Source: Tubiluchus corallicola
Taxonomy: Eukaryota > Animalia > Priapulida
Direction: 5' to 3'
NCBI GenBank assembly: GCA_030141605.1
Contig: JAQGDQ010000026.1
Coordinates: forward strand, 124,001 to 188,000
Length of the DNA: 64,000 nt
Shown here: in pieces, positions 1 through 10,267 of the stretch
Layout of the letters: each line of letters begins with the position of its first letter
Position numbering within the stretch: the first letter of the stretch is position 1
The notes under the pieces: model-generated
What the model saw: only the letters and a program-made list of their open reading frames with translations
Databases searched by the model: none
What the model was told of the DNA's origin: nothing
Translations under genes and position numbers: made by a program

Positions 1-621
1 TTATTGCTGCTAACGGAATGGTCTAAGCTGTTTTGTCAGTGTTACAAAGCAGTACATGTAGTACCTGTATTCTTAGAAGAATATGCTTATAATCTTATTG
101 TTGGTAATTAGAATAGCCTAAATTGTTCTGACTGAAGTTCGATAATTACCATGATCTTGATCTTCTTGACCAAAATAAGATCTTCTAGAATACAAAAGCT
201 GCATTGAAGTGCTCTTAGATACCGCCAATATGTTTTGAAATTAGGCAGAAAAATGCCTCAGCAGTCCAGGGTCCACATTTGACCTCATGGGGTTTGGGAA
301 AGCTGTGCATCCCAAACACCCTCACTCTGCTTGTTAAAATATAGTCTTGGGTAAAATATCGCCATAGAACTAGAATTTGTTTATTTTTCACCTCTTAGTA
401 AAAATATTAGTACAATATAATTGTAATGTGTTCGGGATGCTCAATAGATGGCACTGTATCCCTGTTTTTAACCCGTGAAACCAATTTACCTGTTGACCTA
501 GATAAGTAGAGTCAAGTGAGCCTGATACTAACTTGGAACTGATACTAACCATGAATTTTGCCATAGAGATAGTAAAAATAGAAATAGTAACAATACCATC
601 TTTATATATATTATTGCACTG

Positions 622-660
<39 letters not shown>
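622..660. repeat. Compound (TA)n(TG)n microsatellite
   Basis: Directly visible; it explains the spurious THTHTH/YIYIY ORF at 388-666. Confidence 0.95.
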
Positions 661-2500
661 AGCCATTAATAATATTCATTATACTGTAATTTTATAGCAG
701 ATAGAGGCCTCGTGATTATCTAGATGCCTTATTGGAAACGTGCCACATTCAGTACTAACATGTAAATGAAAGTAAAAGAGGTAAGGCAATTCTATCTGCA
801 TAAATTTACACATTGCTTGGAAAATCAAAAGCACATCTATTTATTATGCCTTTACGTCCATGATATTTATGTTCAAATTTAAACTTAATCTCAATAGTTT
901 TTCACACCTTATTCTGAAATCTTCGTCAAGGTAATTGCGCATATTACTAATAGTAACATTACTTACAGGGTAGGTAACTTTTAGTTTTTCGCCACCCTTT
1001 CACCAATCACTTGAACATCACTAACTCAGATAATTTACTCATTAACAATCTTGTCACTAATAATTTAATAATCTTGTTGAGAGGCTAGGACTGTGTCGTG
1101 TTGAAGTTGTCATGATGTAGTGTAAATATGATATTATATTATAGTGTTAGTGGAAGCAAGTAATACTATGCTCGAAGTTTATAGTTAATTATAACTGGTG
1201 AAGTTGGCCTGCGAGATTTGGCCCACAAGCTTTGCATAAGCCTATCTTTTGTGTGCTTTGTATGTTAGCCATCAGTGACCATGCAAACTGCTAAATCACC
1301 ATTTTCTGGGAAACAGCTGCTCGAGCCTACATACATCTTGCACTAAGATTTTATTAGTGTATAAACTATGCCAGCTGCAACACTGTGTTATAGTTTAACA
1401 ATATTAAAAGCCATATGCAAGTACTTGCTTAAAAGATTTAGGTGCATCCATTGCCTCCACAGAACACTGAATTGCTTTTTCTGTGTTTTGCTGTTTGTTG
1501 CTATTTTATAAGTTAACTTATATAATAGTGTAGGCTTTTTGCCACATTTTGTGGAGGTCTATTATTGGTCATAAGCTGCTTAATCTTTTTTATACAGTTT
1601 GTAAAATATATTGTCATATCAGTCCTAATACCCTCATACTAAATTATATAGTTGTTATATGTCCCGTATTTAGTATAAAAGGTGATGAATAAATGACTTA
1701 CTTACTTATACAAGTTTTTGCTTCTCTAGCCCAGCGCAGCACAATTAATCTTTTATGATAACGATAGTGTATGAAACATAATAATTTATTACAGTATTGT
1801 GTAACAATTTTTTTTATGTTACCATATATTACACGTCATTATATTGTACTGAATGTGGTAATAATAAAAACTTCAAAAAAAACTTACATCAAAAAGAGGT
1901 CTAATGCTATTTTAATTTTAAAAACTGCAAAATCTCATTTTTCCTTTACGGTTTGGACTGCTACTCTGCGCTTCTTCTGTTGCAGTTGCGGGCATTGGAC
2001 GCAATCTTCGTTTGCTTTGCTTTGTTCGAATGTCTCGTCAAAGTATGAAAAGATGAAATGACGAAATTTTATTGTTACGTATTTCGTTTTTGCGATTAGC
2101 GGCTACCCTGGCGGCATCAAACGGCGGATAATTAAAAAGTTTTGAGCCGCGCTCTGACTGTAATAATGATATTCTTAAGTCTACCAATAGTGTTGCCATA
2201 CGCGTAATTTTGACAAGCCAAAATCACTTTTGCGTTTTTAATAAAAGAAGAATATCTCAAATAAAAGCAATTATTAGTTTAAAAAACTAAAAACTTTTCA
2301 TGAAAACGAAAAACAGTTGCAGCAATAAGTTTGTATTATGTACCTGCAAATACGTCTTCAGTTTTCTTGTAAGTAAAATTTTACTGTTCTTCTTGAGGAA
2401 AGAGGCTAGCTGACTGCGTGATGGGCTGCTTACTATATAGAAGGTAATGCATTTTTTATTGATTTTTGATTTTTCTTTCCCTCTCTTAGAGAGAGAGAGA

Positions 2501-2764
2501 TTTAGATTTAGATTTAATATTTTATTTCAAACTTCGCAAAGTTCATAAACACATCACAAATTAATACAAATAATACAATAAATCATGAAACACAACAATA
2601 ACACAAATAACAATTAACTATATAAGAAACTACGCCAATGACATCTAATTGCAGAAGTAACGTTTGCATCACTGTTTAAAATGTTCTTGCATATAAAATT
2701 TTCACTCTTATTTAGCCTGACGTATAAACTGAATGCACATTTTCTGTGAATAACATCAAAATAA

Positions 2765-2766
<2 letters not shown>
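2501..2766 (-). mobile_element. 5'-truncated non-LTR retrotransposon 3' end (copy 1)
   Basis: Minus strand reads IYFDVIHRKCAFSLYVRLNKSENFICKNILNSDANVTSAIRCHWRSFLYS*, resembling a LINE ORF2 C-terminus. It is followed by a 3' UTR with GTTTGAAATAAA and an (AAATCT)n tail, and is flanked by (AG)n. Confidence 0.7.

Positions 2767-2843
<77 letters not shown>
2767..2843. repeat. (AG)n microsatellite, about 38 units
   Basis: Directly visible. Confidence 0.98.
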
Positions 2844-2847
<4 letters not shown>

Positions 2848-3052
2848 ATTTTGATTTAAATCTTTATTTCAAACAAAGTTCATCTAAAAATTAACAACAC
2901 ATTACAAAAACAAAAAAAATACACTTAAATTTGGTTAATAAATTTACCAATTGTGCACATAGGGAATTTTTCTCCAATTGTCTCTAATATCAGATGTAAA
3001 ATATGCATCGCATTCTAAATTTTTACAGATCTATAATATTTGTACTGTTAGT
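2844..3052 (-). mobile_element. 5'-truncated non-LTR retrotransposon 3' end (copy 2, diverged relative of copy 1)
   Basis: Minus strand reads TNSTNII/ICKNLECDAYFTSDIRDNWRKIPY, homologous to copy 1. It has the same ATGAACTTTG..GTTTGAAATAAA end and an AAATC tail. Confidence 0.65.
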
Positions 3053-4531
3053 AGAGGGAGAGAGAGAGAGGAAGGGAGAGGGAGAAGGGTGAGACACAGA
3101 CACAGACACACACGCACGCATGCACGCGCGCGCGTGCGCGCGCGCGCTCTACAATTAATCTATATAATTACACATATATTATATTGTGGGTTTGTATATA
3201 AATAATGTGCACATGCATGCATGATGTATGCATTCTATGAAGAAAGCCTATATATTTAACAATATAAATTGATTGCCCTTAGCACCAAGGCCTATATAAA
3301 ATCAATTAATTTTAGCCCATCAATAAATAAATTATTTATCAGGGCTTGTCTGTTGATTAAGCCACAGGTGTTTTATTAATATGCTTATACAAGTGCGTAC
3401 ACATAAACAAACTGTATTTAATGAACTTTTTTGATGTAAGCCTAACTGAATCTTTAAAAAATTAGGCTAAATATAAGTGACGTCTACATATGATATACAA
3501 GGTGTTATGACCCTCCAGCAGATTCTAATTTATGCGCCAGGCTGGCTTCTCACCTGAGTTCTGTAACTTGATTTTGACCAAGTTAGTTGGTTGTTATAGA
3601 GCGGGAAGTAATGTCGGCTGCTTAGGATGACAGCTGTTATGTTTCGTTTTGTTATTTTTTATTCACTGACAATAAAAAAGAGGAGTTATGTCATAAATGC
3701 ATCTCTGTTTGTTCAACGTGATTTTATAACCAACTTCAACTCATATCAAAGGGCAATGTATGATTATATGCTTTTTAAACATCTTTTAACTTGGAATTAA
3801 CAAAACATGCAAATGCTTAGATTAAGTTTTGTTCTGGAAAAATTATTTGCTCGTCTGAAAAAATTGATTTTTTTCTATGAAAAGTATTACACATGAAAGT
3901 CAGGCCTAATATTTCTTCATGTTATATTTCCTGATAACAACATATTAAATAGGATTGTTTTTTAGAAAAAAATATTTCTCCAGAAATAGAATACTACATG
4001 AGCCCGGTATTTGCAAAGTTTCTTTATGGTCAACTTTTTTAACTTCTTTTGTAAATAAGCCTATTAATTTTCATGAGATATGAATACAATAGTTTTTATT
4101 TTAACTACTAATTATTCTTAGGGCCTTATGTTTGCTTTAAATAATATTCAAAAATATAACAGCTGCTGTAAATCGGTAAGGCCTTGCAGTCTTTGCTTAG
4201 TGTGTTATAACTAACATTTTGTTATAATTACCTGGCTGCATCCTTGGGAAATTTAAAAAAAAATTTTATTTGTGTTTTGCAACTCACTGCTGAGTAATTT
4301 ATAAGCGCCTGTTGACTGGCCTGGCTTTGGTGGTCTCATCAATTCATCTGCTACAGTACACACCCCGGTGCACGAACAGCTTGCGCTATAATGTACCTGA
4401 CAACAGTCCGTACTGCTGTGCCGCTAGGGCGATATTAACTAAGCGAACTGTTGCGCAGTAAATTCCATACTTTCTGTGGTCCATATTATTTGTACGGATC
4501 ACGAAGTTTTTTCCAATGCACGGGCTACAAT

Positions 4532-7500
4532 TGTTGGAAGCAGAGTAGGACATTAGCCGAAGTAGGACTATTGGCGTACATGGGCTAGGCCAAGTACGAC
4601 ACATCTATACGGCTAGCCCAGGTAAGACGTGTGGTATATGGGCTGCCCAGTGACCAAGTAGGACACTAGAGACAGGTCTAGAATTGGGTCATTAACCGTA
4701 CTGGCAGCGTCCTATGTCGTTGTTTATTTAATAATAATAATAATAATGATGATGATGATGATGATGATGATGTTCGTCCTTCGAATCGAAGATGACCATA
4801 GTGACAGGGATAAAAGGTCAGTTTGGGGGGTTGTCATTCCTTTGATGAGCTCGAAGGTGACTGACTAGGCCAATTCTGGCCTGGAAACTTCTTTGGCATT
4901 TGACACAGGTGAGGCTGGGTGTTTGGACCTGTTGTTGGGCAGTGTCACATGCCTTGCGTCTCCTGCACTTCTCCTCTGCTTCCTCAATTCTTTTCGCCTC
5001 TGCTGTCTTAGCCGCTGTGGTGATGGGCGCTCCGCCATGCTGAGCAAGGGTTTCTACTGAGCGGATATCCATGCTGAGCTCCTTGAGTGAGGCCTTCAGG
5101 CTGTCTTTGAAGCGTTTCTTTGGTTGTCCAACCTTTCTCTTTCCAGACACAAGTTTTCCATAGAGCATCTTCTTTGGTATGCGAATCACATGTCCTGCCC
5201 ACCGAACTTGTGTTTTGAGGAGGAGTGTACGGATATTGGGGAGGTCAGCTCTTTTAAGCACCTCTGTGTCTGGCACCTTGTCCTGCCACTTGATGTGCAG
5301 GATTTTCCTCATACAGCCCATGTGAAAGTGGTTAAGCTGTTTTTTACATGTCTCCTATATAATGTCCAGAATTCACTGGCATAGAGGAGAGTGATGATGA
5401 CGACAGCTCTATACACCTTCAATTATGTGGTGGTTCTGATACCTCTCCTGTCCCATACGTTGGAGTGGAGTCTTCCAAATGAAGCACTAGCCTTGGCAAT
5501 TCTGTTGTTGATTTCTGTATCGATGTTGGCAGCTGTGGTAAGGGTGCTCCCAGCTGTGATAAGTTCTTGACCACTAAAATCTTTGGCTGAACCTGTGGGG
5601 CATCTGGGGCTGGTTGGTAAATAACTACAGTTTTCTTTGTAGAGATTGTTAGGCCGTAGTTCTTGCAAGCTGATGCGAAGTGGCATTTGTCCTTTGAGGT
5701 GGCACTGAGAGCGCAGTCATCAGCAAAGAGAAAGTCTTTGACTGTGGTTACATGGGTCTTGGTGGTAGCTTGCAAGCACCTGGAGTTGAAGAGGCTGCCA
5801 TCTGTTCTGTATTTTATCTTAATGCCATCCTGGGTGTTTTCAAAAGCACCATGTAGCATGGCAGAGAACATCATGCTGAAGAGTTTTGGTGTGAGTACAC
5901 AGCCCTGTTTTACACCATTTGTTACTTCAAAGGCTTCAGACATGTCTCCATCATCTAGGACTCTTACCATCATGCCTTCATGAAACTTCTTTGGGCATCC
6001 ATATTTTTCCATGATCTTCCAGAGGCCATTCCTACTGACAGTATCAAAAGCCTTGATGAGGTCTACGAATGTTGTGAAGAGGCTGACATTCTGTTCTTGG
6101 CACTTCTCTTGAAGTTGTCTTGCAGCAAAAATCATATCCACCGTTCCTCTGCCTGCCCTAAAGCCACACTGGCTCTCTGGGAGAAGGTCTTTCTCCAGGT
6201 GCAACAACAGTCGATTTAGTAGGACACGTGCCAGGATCTTACCCACTATGGACAGCAGAGATATACCTCTATGGTTGTCACATGACTGCCTGTTCCCTTT
6301 TGGTTTGTAAATGTGAACAACTGTAGCATCTTGGAGGTCTTGAGGAAGTTTGCTTTCCTCCCACATAGCTGGAATAGGTCAGTAAGTTCTTGTAGCGTTG
6401 CTGCCCCCCCCCCGTCTTGTAGATTTCAGCTGGTATTCCATCTGCACCTGGTGCTTTGCCATGGGAGGTTTGTTCAATGGCTTTGACGATCTCCTCTAGT
6501 GTTGGTGGTTGATCTAGGTCTTCATTTATTTCCATTTGGGGTAGTTGGTCTATTGCTTCTGCGTTTATGGATGATGGTCGGTTAAGAATGGTGTTGAAAT
6601 GTTCTGCCTATCTTTCCAGGATGTCAGACTTGTCAGTTAGCAAGTTTGTTCCATCTGCGTCGAGAAGTGGTGAAGTCCCAGATGGTTGTGGACCGTAGAT
6701 GGACTTGAGGGCATCATAGAACTTTTTTGAGTTGTTGGTGTCAGCGTAGTGTTGTATTTCTTCTGCTTTCCTTGACAACCAGGCGTCATGCATTTCACAG
6801 AGTTTCGTTTGCACCTCATTGCGTTTATGTATGAATGCTGCCCTCTTTGCTTCTGATGTGGGGTCATTTTGGTGTACTCTAAGTAGATGGTGTTTGGACG
6901 CTATCAAAGTGATAATTTCAGGATTGTTTTCATCAAACCAGTCTTGATGTTTTTTCGTAGCAACCCCTAGATGTTCATGGGCTGTTGAGTAGACCAGGTT
7001 TCTGAAGTGCTCCCATTTCTGGTCTACAGTGGTGGCGTATTGAGAGATGACTCTGAGATCTTTTTGTCAATGCTTTGGGAGAAGCTGCTAGCAGTTACCT
7101 TATTTTGAAGTTTCCCAACATCCAGTTTCTTCATGGTCTTTTTGCCTTGTGGTCACCTTTTAGGTTGGATGTGTAGGCTGAGTTTGGATATGAGAATATG
7201 ATGATCTGTCCAGCGCTCTGCACCTCTCATTGCTTTGGTCACCTTCACGTCTTGCCGATCTTTCTTCCTGATGATGATGTTGTCTATCAAGTGCCAATGT
7301 TTTGATCTTGGATGCATCCAGGTTGTTTCATTGCACTTGGGAAGATGGAATAGTGTGTTTGTGATGATGAGTTCATGGGCTGCACTAGCCTGTAATAGCA
7401 GGATCCCATTGCTGTTACATTTTCCCACTCCTTGTGTGCCAATAACTCCTTCCCATGATTGGTGATCTGTACCCACTCTAGCATTGAAATTTCCAAGTAG

Positions 7501-9144
7501 TATGAGCTTGTCTGATGTTGGAACATTTACGATGGTAGCATCTAGATCTTCATAAAACTTGTCCTTGGTGTCATCTGGGTTGGTCATGGTTGGGGCATAT
7601 GCACTTATGAGTGCAGCTTTCTTCCCTTTCATGAGGGGTAGTTGGAGAGTCATAAGCCGGTCGTTGATGCCATCTGGAAGTTTTAAGAGGTTCTTCACAA
7701 GGCCATTTCTGACTACAAATCCAACTCCTGCCTCTCTTTTCTCACTTGGTGGTCTCCCACTCCAAAAGAAAGTGTATCCACCGCCAGCTTCAGGGAGTTG
7801 TCCTTCTCTGCAAGGCGTGTTTCGCTGAGGGCAGCTACGTCAATTTGTATCTTTGTAATCCTTCTGCTATAAGAGCAGTTCTTCTTTCAGGTCTGTTGGT
7901 GTTGCCATTGTCGAGTAGGGTCCTGACGTTCTGGGCACCCAGTGTTAGGGTTATTTTTCTCTTGTTTTTTCAACCGCAGAGATGGGATTTCCTGCCAGCT
8001 GTGGCTTGCTGGACCAGGAAAGTGTTGAGGCAGGCTATATTTGGGACACCTTTTCTAGTCCGCTCCCCATGCTACGGGGGTCAGCAGAGCATTCCTGAAG
8101 AGGGCTGCTCAGTCACCCAGGGGGCTGCCAAACTCCGGTGCTGTCTCAGTCAGTTGAGAGCGACCACATGCCCTGAGCCGCCTGTGTGCAGGTTTGTGAC
8201 TGCAGCGTGAGTGTAATCTGCACTTGCTGGTTTGCCACTCCCCCATCGCCACAGAACTTTGAATTTTTGGTGGTGACCTGTCATCATGATTGAGGGTGAC
8301 TTGGTTTAAAGTGAGGGAGAGATTGCACCAGGTCGCCAGCCTCACTCTCTCCACACCAGAAGTATGATCCATGGGAAAGGCAGAGCCAGTACATCTGGTA
8401 CTTCAGGCGCCGCAGGAGTTATCGGAATCATGGTGCTATGCAACATGACCCGCCAATAGGGACTCCAGCTCCGAATTTTTCCTTGGGGTTTACTCCAGAA
8501 GCCTTTCTCATGGAGGATATAGCCACAAGGCAGTGGAGGTTTGTGATCAGTGTTTTCCTTCACCTAGATGGATTGCCGGCCAAGGCTAAGGAGCCCCATT
8601 TAATAATAATAATTGAAAACGTTAATACACATTGAATAATTTATTATACATCTGATAAAATAAAAGAATCTTATTCCGAGCTAGTAGAACGGCCGATATT
8701 AAATTTGACTTCAATATTAATCTTTCTGAAGTGAAATAAGACCTCTTTTCAGGCGATGCCAACATTTGGTTAATATCATTTTTTATTTTGTCTAGCTTCA
8801 CTACCTCTTTGACAAATACGTTAATGGGCTAGCGAGCTATGGGCACTACATAGTTCCTCTCTTTAAAGCACTTGATACTTAGTTTACTGTTATGATGATA
8901 TTAATGGAGCTAATTATAATGATGATATTATTGCAAAAGAAATACATTCATAAAGTGTTAAGGACTACCCTTCATTATTATAAAGTTGTTTTTTTCTAAA
9001 TCAAGTTTAGTTTTGTTTTATTATGTCATAATTCTCGATTTTCGACAGAAATCGCCAGTGCCCTACTTGGGTTGCCATGTACGACACTTCTTTTCTGCAA
9101 CGGAACTGTCCTTCTTCGGCTAGTGGCGTACGCGGCGCCCTACA
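4532..9144 (+). mobile_element. TGT...ACA TIR non-autonomous DNA element (Ginger-like MITE, copy A), split by an RTE insertion
   Basis: 4532-4741 and 8598-9144 are colinear with copy B (33988-34874). Degenerate TIRs are tgttggaagcagagtaggacattagccgaagtagga and tccttcttcggctagtggcgtacgcggcgccctaca. An alternative right end gctcccaaca ends at 9162. Confidence 0.8.
4742..8597 (-). mobile_element. RTE-clade (BovB/RTE-like) LINE, near full length, frameshifted
   Basis: APE endonuclease motifs LGAQNVRTLLD, ISAYAPT, GNFNARVG and WHLIDNIIIR lie at about 7150-7960. RT motifs include RGISLLS, LPESQCGFR, FVDLIKAFDTV, GVKQGCVL and LFADD, and the C-terminal CVKC..SHLRAH is present. It has a (CAT)n tail and a 16-bp TSD ATTTAATAATAATAAT at 4726-4741 and 8598-8613. 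Several stops and frameshifts indicate inactivity. Confidence 0.96.
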
Positions 9145-10267
9145 GTAATGTCGCTCCCAACATCAGAAATTCAAAGTGGTGAAAAAGAATTTCGGAGTTT
9201 CTACTATTATTTTTGGTAATTTTTAGTATTTTAATGTTATTACCTTTGCATAATTTATATATTCTATAGTTGTTTGCCATCAATTTAATTTTGATTTATT
9301 GTCTGCTTATATTCTTTTTTTTGAAGTAATAATATTTGCTTGACATGCTGAAATAAGATCACTATTAATTCAGGGATGGTAGACTAGGTGACCATTTGGT
9401 CTTTCGCCATCTCGTCATTCGTAAAATTTGTAGGACTATACAGATGTAATATGGTGCCCAACAAGGCAGGATAAAATAAGGCTTGTAGAGATAACTCAAA
9501 AGGATAGCCAGTTAGTCCTAAGCATGCGAGCGAAAGAATATTCGCAACGGCTCAAGGAGTTAGGACTGGTCACTTTGAAGTACGGGCGAAACAGGCATGA
9601 CATGATACAGGTATATAGGACCCTGCATGACATAGATAGGCTACACTTGGATAGACATAAATATACAGGACACACAAAGAACAAAAGGAGACCCATTTAA
9701 ACTGCTCAAAAAAAGACTGCATGGAAGATGGAACTAAAGGAAACAGGTATTTTCCCATAGAGTAGTTAACACCAGGAATAACCTGCTTTCTTATGTAGTC
9801 GAGTCTACCAGTTTAGCTCAATATAAGGCTCGTTTGGATAAACACCGGCAAAATCATCCTGAAAAATACATTGATCCTAATAGGCCATCTTCCGCTATGA
9901 CATGACTAGGGCCCTCCATTGGTGGTATCTTCACAAATTTTTAGTTTTTTACAGTGCGCTCAGAAAAGTAGGGGAATCAATTGCAAAATAATGCTAAATC
10001 CCCATCAGTTTTATGGATTATTGTTATGCATTACTCTGTGATTATTATTTTGAAAGCAAATAAATCTATACTCTTATATTAATATTCTTGGTATATTTAT
10101 ATATATATATATCTATATTTAATGAGCTTGTAATTTCTAACAAATTTGTTTATTTACAGTGTGTGTTTTGTTATTCATAGTACGTGTAGAAAATATTTTC
10201 TTCCGAAGATGCTGCAGGTTTATGCTTTTTATGAGACTAAATTGGAAAACAATCTCTCTTTGTAATC

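Noticed and set aside
388-666. ORFs containing THTH/YIYI/ERER/ARAR runs (also 2978-3205 and 20022-20359)
   Set aside because: They are translations of microsatellites.
3095-3147. Alternating purine-pyrimidine (CA/CG) tract as a Z-DNA regulatory element
   Set aside because: It is an ordinary compound microsatellite decay product with no nearby gene start evidence.
5124-8635. Plus-strand and alternative-frame ORFs over the RTE
   Set aside because: They are antisense or frameshift shadows of the RTE ORF with no independent motifs.
9371-9812. Possible degenerate TIR element upstream of the JKAMP CDS
   Set aside because: Only a 9-bp inverted match (tggtagact) and no TSD.
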